Shown here piece after piece: positions 46,585-64,000 of a stretch of DNA of 64,000 nt. Within the stretch, counting starts at the first letter, position 1; every line of letters begins with the position of its first letter. This DNA is from Amoebidium appalachense (taxonomy: Eukaryota > Protista > Ichthyosporea): NCBI GenBank assembly GCA_963693365.1, contig CAVNZM010000010.1, positions 4,462,159 through 4,526,158 of the forward strand. Reading direction: 5' to 3'. A program made the position numbers and the translations under genes. The notes beneath the pieces are model-generated. The model did no database searches. It was not told where the DNA came from and saw only the letters and a program-made list of their open reading frames with translations.

Positions 46585-48696
46585 CACACGCACACACACA
46601 TACACACACACACCAACACCGGTACGGCGGGCCAACACACACACCAACACTGCCACTTACTCCCCATTATGCAACTTCTCCGTACATATCAAATTCGGCC
46701 ATATTTTGACGTAAGAAAGGAATGCATGCTCTTCTATAACAATTTCTCTTTACACCCCTCTTCCCCCCCCCCCCCCTCCCCCCCCTTTCCCCCCCTCTTC
46801 CCCCCCCCCCCCCCCCCCCCCCTCTTCCACCCTCGACACCTCCCGGCTAACTTCGATTTTTTCTAGTTCTGTCCCAAATTAAAGCCCAAATAATCTCTAT
46901 TATAATTTTCTCAGGACGGCTGCTCAAAACTTGGCCCACCTGCCCTCAGTGGAGTAATTGAATGAACACACATGCACAGATTAATGCCGTCTTTGCTGGA
47001 GGCACACTTTCCAGATGCGGGTAACGCATATATGGGTCGCCCCGTATGTTTGCCAAGAGTTTTTTCAATTTACGCTTCGACTTCCAATCATTGAATACAT
47101 CAGACGCAAGTATGTAGTCTGATAAGCTGAGAGCCTGGGTATACGAGGAACTATTTTCCCAACTGCACATGGCGGGTCCGATATGTACATGTTGATCACA
47201 GGGATGCCATGATCACGTGCTCATATGTCAGACGATAGTTTCAAACCCCCCTCTCCCCCCCCTCCCCCCTCCCCCCTCCCCCCTCCCCATCCCCCACTCA
47301 CCCATCCACTTATCCACCCACCCCAAATCAAAAAAAAAACACACACGCCGTGATACACCCATGTAACGGTACACGAAGACACAGACTCAAATATATAAAC
47401 CGTACACATTCACCACATGTTAGGGATTGGCGCGGCGCGCGCACAAACACACCGATACATCATAAACACAATGGGGCACGAGTAGCCGTACATTTATTCA
47501 GTCAGCTTCCAGCCGTATATGATACACTTTCCAGCAGCATCAAGGCTTTCTACCGGTTAAGCAGCATCAGGAATCATGTATAGTACTCAGTAGACCAGTT
47601 TTACTATCGACATCAACACAATTTGTACTTTTTGTATGCCCTTCTAACCTCACTTGCTTTCGTGTTTCATACTTTCATCACCACCCGGTCAGCCTCTTGT
47701 CGAGGGTATTTACTGCACACGTATGTACAGTGTAATCATTTTTGACGTTACATTACAAACATTGCCAGCTCACACTGAGATTTTCTCTAATTCTGTCCCA
47801 CAATCCAAAGCCCAAAAGGTATCCCTGATATATAAAGCACAGGACGGCTCCTCAAAACTTTGGTGACCTGCACTCAGTAAAGTGATTGCATGAACACACA
47901 TGCAATTGACTGAAACTTTCTCCCATCCTGGAAGCATACTTTCCGGATTTGGGAGATACATACACAAGCCACCCCTTATGATTGCAAAATTAGACACACA
48001 CACCTCGAACTTGTAATGAATGGTTGTAAGAGGCCCGGCCTAGTGTCGTCTGCATAGATCCGGGCCATGCGAAGAGCTTTTGTCCCGACTGCGTATTTGA
48101 AAAAAGGACAGACGCAAATTTGGCACACTCACAGGGCCTGAAACAAAAGGGCAAGAAAAGGACGGGATGTCTTTTGGGACTTAAGTGAGCGTCTAACCAT
48201 ATGCATTTTACTCAGAACACAACTTCTTTATAAATATACATAAAGCCATACATGCACACCATACTCCTGTGTTTTGGTACACCCATTGTAGTCGAAGGTG
48301 ACCAAAAACCTCTAGCGTGGTTAATACACGGCTCTGCGTTCACTATATAATAGGAAAGTGGGTGTAGTAGCAAACAGCAGCTTTAAAAAGCGATAAAAGA
48401 AGCATTCGTGTTGGGTTGTTTTATTACTACCGCCTACAAGCATCAGATGCAAAAAGCGTTCATAGGACACACAAAAAGACATACATTCGGAGAACAAGGT
48501 GACACGGTCTACCTATGCAAGAAGAAGAAGAAGGCAAAAAAAAAAAAAAAAAAAAAAAAAAGCAGCATGCACACGTGTGCGCGTATGCATGTTTATATTT
48601 ATACATCAAACATTATATTTGATTCATATACTGTCACCGGGAAAGTGAGTATACTAAAGTGTTGCATGCGTAAACCTTTTTAAAACCCCCAGTCGA

Positions 48697-58551
<9,855 letters not shown>

Positions 58552-59404
58552 CCTGCCGCTTGTTTTTCAGCGCTGAGTGTGAGCTATGTGAAGCCAGTTT
58601 CTTTCTCTTCTTCCTCTTCTTTTTCTTCCTTCTGCTTCCTTCTTCTTCTTCTTCTTCTTTTTTTATTTATTTTTTTTTTAACCAATTTGCCGCAGCACCA
58701 CCAAAAAATAGATTATAAAAATTAAGGAGGACTTGGAAAGGGAGGAAGACGAATCGGTCAAGCTGTGTACATAGATATTTGTGTGTGCTAGCACAAACGA
58801 TGTGTAGTAACTGCTCCCGCCTTTTGTATGATGCGTTCAATCACTCAGATGAAGACAAGGAAGAATCCAAATGGTGGTAAGAGAAGGTATAAAAAATAAA
58901 AGCTAAAAAGGTTTTAGAATGAATAGGGAAGGCTGGCAAAGACTCCTTGATCGAATCTAGTGCAAGCGTCGTCGAGAACTAATATTAGTGCATGCGTCTG
59001 CGGGAAGTTTAAGCGAATTTATCCGTTAGGCGTTAAGAGTTGAGGTGGGCCAAGAGGGATAGAGAGTGGAGGGAGAGCCCGGGCATAAAAACGACCTATA
59101 TAATATTCAGTTTGAACATGTTACTAAGCTCATACGTGTGTGCATTTTCAAGCCACATCACTGTAAGCTTCATAAGCAAAACTCCTGTCAGGGAAACACG
59201 GACTTTAGGCAGGGACCAGCCGCAATATTGTGTCTTTAAAAGCACAAAGAAAGAGCTGGAGTTCAACACCACATGCTGTTACTGTACTAGCGGCTTTCTG
59301 GTGCCAAAAAAAACCAAAACATTAGCTTGACACGAACAAGGTAAACGCCGCCAACTCTGAGTCACACAGTCACACTGTGTGTGGCTCATATATTCCGTGG
59401 CTCA

Positions 59405-59435
59405 TGACGTCATTTGCGGTGACTGCACAGCCAAT
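59405..59435. promoter_or_regulatory. CRE palindrome (TGACGTCA) plus CCAAT box about 850 bp upstream of the GTPBP2-like gene
   Basis: TGACGTCA at 59405-59412 and CCAAT at 59431-59435. Motif match only. Confidence 0.3.
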
Positions 59436-59519
59436 CAGCAGCAACTTGATGCGTTCCGATCCAGTCGTATGCGCCCGTGAGTCGTGCGTGACCCACGGTT
59501 GTAAAAGCTCTTTGAAGAC

Positions 59520-61038
59520 TTTTATTTTTATTTTTTATAATGACTTTATTGATATGCTCAGCAAAATAGAAGCCATCGAGATATCACCGATATCTCGGAG
59601 AAGAAAATACAAAAGCCCTCACTTTCGGATACGGAGGAGATAACGACTTTAATAATCATACACCCTAGAAAACTCATTAAACATATAGGTATATAAAGGC
59701 TTTCGTTTTTTCTTTTTGTGGTGGGAAGGGGTCCCGCGCGCTCAGGGGAACGTGACACTGTGTGCGTGTAGTGCGGCCTTGTCTATTCCTACTGTTGTGA
59801 GAGTGTGGGGACATCTCCCTTCCGCGGAGTTTCTCGCTTGAGTAGTGGTTTCTTCGACATCTGGTGGCCCACTGCAACTTACGGTGACTTCTACACGCTA
59901 TCTACGCTTCTACGCGAGTTATTGGCGGTGGGCTGCTGCAACTTCTTCAACTGCTTCTGCGCTGCGTGAGTGGAGGGGTAGCTACTTGGGTCGTCGAGGA
60001 GCTTTCCTTGTGGCTGCCGTGTTTTCAGCCTTCAGCAGTATGGCAATGACTGGGTTTGCTTGCATGCATTCTGTAGTTGTGTTTTCCTTTGTGTCCTGCC
60101 ACAACTAGGCCACCTTTTCAAAGAGTTAGAGACAGCTTCTGCGGGTTTTCTAGGGGGAGGGCCCGTGGGGATTGTTTTCTCGCTCGAATTTGGTCTGCAT
60201 TGCTCTTTAAAGGGCTGACTTGCTTGCTGTGCCCCGATAGGTTTTGAGGGGGGCCTGTTGGGGAGCAGCAGTAATGATGTTTTCTTGCGGAGTGTGGCCT
60301 GGTCATCATCGCTGCATATGACTAGTTGGAGCAAACTAGTTTCACGCATACACGTGCACTTATACCTTTGCCCGCTGGTGTCCTTTGGTCTCTTGTTGTT
60401 TTATTTTTTATTTCATCGCTGTGGCTCTTTCGAAGTCGGTTATTTTGGTGGTCATGTAGCCTGTGGCTGCACGTTGCCTTCATATCCACTGGACCACTGA
60501 TCAATAAATCCCAGTCAAGAGAAAACAATTAAACATACCGTGGTTCAACAGATAGTCAATAGACGTAATAGCATCGGATTATCTAAATAAGCCAGTCTTC
60601 TGATTTCTAACGGAATAATCTGAGATAAATAAATGCATCTATCTAAGTGTTTACGAGAAAAAGGTTCTGCACAAAAGTGGCACAAACATTTATGGAAACA
60701 AAGGTTACAGCGCCAAAATAAACATTTCCAAGCTATGTCACAAGGAGGGGTTAGAATTGCAAAATCGGTAAGTGTGGTAGGTTTACGAGAGGAAGGATAA
60801 ATATAAATAGCTAATTTACACAACGATTGTAAAGAAAATAGACGAGTCTCTATTATAAAAAGAAGCACAGGCTCAAGAGCCCTACCATGATACTCTTTAT
60901 CACAACGATGAAGCAAAGGATATTGAGTATGAAACCCGGTGTAACATACTGCTGATAACTAGTAGAAGAGAAAAATAAAGGAGATAAGTATTTAAAAGGA
61001 TATCTCGGAATGGGAGAGATATTGGGGATAGGACATTT
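59520..61038 (-). mobile_element. 5'-truncated LINE family 2 copy, interrupted by an 842-bp insertion
   Basis: Highly similar to 62151-62810. It has an A-rich tail with AATAAA and encodes a CCHC-like region (WRCNLCFHKCLCHFCAEPFSRKHLDRC). Confidence 0.85.
59686..60527. other. Insertion flanked by the 10-bp direct repeat ATTAAACATA (retrocopy or TIR-less element)
   Basis: The direct repeat lies at 59676-59685 and 60528-60537. The sister LINE copy has the empty site (gttaaacataccg, near 62306). Confidence 0.8.
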
Positions 61039-61338
61039 GTACCTTGGCAGCACAGGAGCCCATCCAAGAGCCCTCGTTTTTCGTTTTTCAGAGTCTCCTC
61101 TCAGCAGTATAGTCAGTCACAGTGCAGCCGCGAAATGCGGAGCTGAAAGGAAGAAACCCCCTCAAAGTCTTGCAGCAAAGCCTTAGAAGTATACAATCCG
61201 AAGACGCATGACTTGTTTCTCGTAGTCTTGATTGCTGCTTCGTCAACTTCCAGATTGGGTATGGTGCTTCTTTGTGTGATACTTTTGTGCGTGTGCGTTG
61301 CACTAGCACATGTGTGCTTGCAAGGCGTTTGTATACGT

Positions 61339-61425
<87 letters not shown>

Positions 61426-61439
61426 TGTGTGTTGTGTGT

Positions 61440-61482
<43 letters not shown>

Positions 61483-62150
61483 TGCGCGTTTGTGCACGTG
61501 TGTGCGTGTGTGTATGCATACCTGCACGAATATTAATGCGCTTGTGTGCGTGTGCGGGTGTGTACCTGTGTGTATACATGTCTGTGCGACTTGTGCACCG
61601 TGGGTGTCACGGGGTACCCGTGTGCTCAGAGTCATGACCCGTTCCACCACATAATGTGTGCCTGTGAACGCGAGTGCGTGTGAATGTGTATGTGCACGTG
61701 TGTGTCATGCATATGTGTCGGTTTAGCATGATGGCGTGAATGATGTCGCGGCCGGAACATGTACACCCGTGAAATGGTGGGTGTGAGCGAGTGAAAGATC
61801 TTGTGTGTGTTGTGTACACATGTTTCAGTAAGCCACTGGCTATCCCAGTCCACTCAATCGTTTGCCGACCTCGACGACTGCTTCAACATATTTCTAAAAC
61901 CAAACAGCAGCGGTTGCCATTCCCTAAATGAGATGCATACAACATGCCTATTAGCTACATGTCACAAGCACATCCTCTTTGTAAGCTCTCTTTCAGCTTT
62001 TATAACACGGCCCGTCTGCGTCTGGCGGAGTGGTACCACCGTGGCATTGACCTTTCCCTCGCTTCTATGAACTTGACTCAACTGTTCATGTGTGCACAAG
62101 TGCGCCTGCTGTTCAAGATGGCCGTGACTGGCAGTTGCAAACGTACCGTA

Positions 62151-63680
62151 ATATTTTTATATTTTTATAATGACTTTATTGATATGCTCAGCAAAATAGA
62201 AGCCATCGAGATATCACCGATATCTCGGAGAAGAAAATACAAAAGCCCTCACTCTCGGATACGGAGGAGATAACGACTTAAATAATCATACACCCTAGAA
62301 AACTCGTTAAACATACCGTGGTTCAACAGATAGTCAATAGACGTAATATCAGGATTATCTAAATAGGCCAGTCTTCTAATTTCTAAGGGAATAATCTGGG
62401 ATAAATAAATACATCTATCTAAGTGTTTACGAGAAAAAGGTTCTGCACAAAAGTGGCACAAACATTTATGGAAACAAAGGTTACAGCGCCAAAATAAAAA
62501 ATAAAAAGCTATATCACAAGGAGGGGTTAGAAATGCAAAATCGGTAAGTGTGGTAGGTTTACGAGAGGAAGGATAATTATAAGTAGCTAATTTACACAAC
62601 GATTGTAAAGAAAATAGACGAATCTCTAATTAAAAAGAAGCACAGGCTCAAGAGCCCTACCACGATACTCTTTATCACAACGATGAAGCAAAGGATATTG
62701 AGTATGAAACCAAGTAACATACTGCTGATAACTAGTAGAAGAGAAAAATAAAGGAGATAAGTTTTTAAAAGGATATCTCGGAATGGGAGAGAGATTGGGG
62801 ATAGGACATTGCGCACGAACATCAGAAATGCCGGGAACAGGTGCTAAAGAAGGAAAGAATTGCAACAAAGGATGATAAGAAGTCAAGCCTAACCAAATGA
62901 AAACAAAAGCGAAGTCCTAATTCATTCATACGCTGGCGCGCCGGAGGGAGACCAAAAACACTCAGCAAGGGAGCCGCCAAAGGATGCCTACGCGAGGTTC
63001 GGGAAATAAACTGGATGAATTCATGCTGAAAGGAATCGAATTCCCGAAGAGCCACGCGCTGTTGCCGTGGAGGGGCACACAAGAGTAACGGGAGGCCATA
63101 TTCGAAACATGGACGAAGAAAAACTTTATAAAGAGTGAGCAAATTGGCAGGATGAATATTAGAGATATTTGCGAATATTCCTTGATAGATATGTAAACGA
63201 CCACGCGCACGAGAAATGCGCGAAGTCAAAAGGCGCTCAAACCAGATACCCTTAGAGGTGAAAGGAATACCTGAATGTTAATAGTCATAGGAGGACACGA
63301 TTGGGATAGGTTGGTTGTTCAGAGTGTACTGTGCATTGGAAGAAAAGGTGCCGCATTTATCTATCCCAATTTTCATGAAATTTCGGAAACACCAGTCATC
63401 TACTCGAGAAAGTCAAGCACATGTTATTCATGATAGAAGGATCGTGCTGTCGTGAGTGACTAAGACAATATCATCAGCGAAAAAAAGGCCGGAGACACGA
63501 GAGTCGCCGGCAACTGGAAATTGTTGAATTTCTACCGCTAAGTCGTCAATAAAGACATCAAAGAGAAGGGGACTCAAAAGTGAACCCTGTAAAAGGCCTC
63601 GAGTACGATTGAATCGTTACTCAGTACCCCATTCACAACGGCAGCCCCATGGGTGCGGTCAAATAACGCCTGAAGTTGCC
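62151..63680 (-). mobile_element. Decayed, 5'-truncated LINE family 2 copy with RT remnants
   Basis: The minus strand reads LQALFDRTHGAAVVNGVLS / RTRGLLQGSLLSPLLFDVFIDDLAV...LFFADD / YKVFLRPCFEYGLPLL with frameshifts, homologous to ORF2 at 39842-43036. A-rich 3' tail. Confidence 0.88.
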
Positions 63681-64000
63681 AACCATGAGCAGTTCACTTT
63701 CAATGGGAAACTGAATTTCCAGTTTCCCCCTGAATGCCATAGAGGGCTATGGGGATTACTCGCGGCCGGAGGCGGGCCGGCCGGCCGGGAACAGCAGAGC
63801 GCCGGGACATAACGTTGGATATGGTTACCCGGCACTATATAGGTGCACGAAGCGCGCGTCAGAATAAAGAAATACCACATGTAGCTTACCATTAACTTTT
63901 TTCCCTGTTCAACCTCTTCTAATGGCCAAGTATCTACAGCCGGGGGTGTTTCAACTTATGCGACGCCAGAATGACGAGTCTTGGGCTCTTTGGTCTAGCG

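Larger units (their letters stand above)
35640..48000. repeat. Degenerate non-coding macro-repeat array (about 7 cores) with nested TEs
   Basis: A TGTCCCACAATCAAAG-like core occurs at about 35942, 37929, 38957, 39386, 45559, 46870 and 47794. In six of them it is followed by GGTGACCTG-like, ATGAACACACATGCA and GTC(A/G)CCCC-like motifs. Upstream motifs AGTAGCCGT, ACTATCGACATCAAC and GATCACCCGGC also recur. Confidence 0.8.

Noticed and set aside
35940-47880. Array of mutually exclusive minus-strand exons (cag|GTCACC...FW..DCGT)
   Set aside because: The frame is open in only two units; the others have stops or place the motif in different frames.

Overview
Eukaryotic, intron-rich genomic DNA, probably from an opisthokont-type protist or fungus (inference). 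It is saturated with poly-G/poly-C tracts and (GT/CA)n, (GA/CT)n microsatellites, so most ORF-track entries are repeat artefacts. Manual splicing yields four genes: (1) a disrupted dynamin-superfamily (NUGGC/SLIP-GC-like) P-loop GTPase (-, about 0.65-7.5 kb); (2) an ankyrin+PX protein (+, 16.2-18.0 kb); (3) a roughly 19-exon protein with two BTB-BACK modules preceded by a domain resembling bacterial surface-protein beta-sandwiches (+, 20.3-34.4 kb); (4) a GTPBP2-like translational GTPase with a GC-AG first intron (-, 48.7-58.6 kb). Mobile DNA comprises an intact two-ORF APE-RT LINE (39.5-44.3 kb) with a 5'-truncated copy at 10.0 kb, two decayed copies of a second LINE family (one split by an 842-bp insert with a 10-bp TSD), a Tc1/mariner-type MITE and two Harbinger-like MITEs. 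The most unusual items are the LINE's structured 3' extension beyond an internal A-run, a non-coding macro-repeat array with conserved motif islands (35.6-48.0 kb), a dispersed 70-100-bp element, the bacterial-like domain in the BTB protein, and an intron architecture with (CA)n at acceptors. The assembly appears to carry indel and homopolymer errors, so frameshifts and tract lengths are uncertain.
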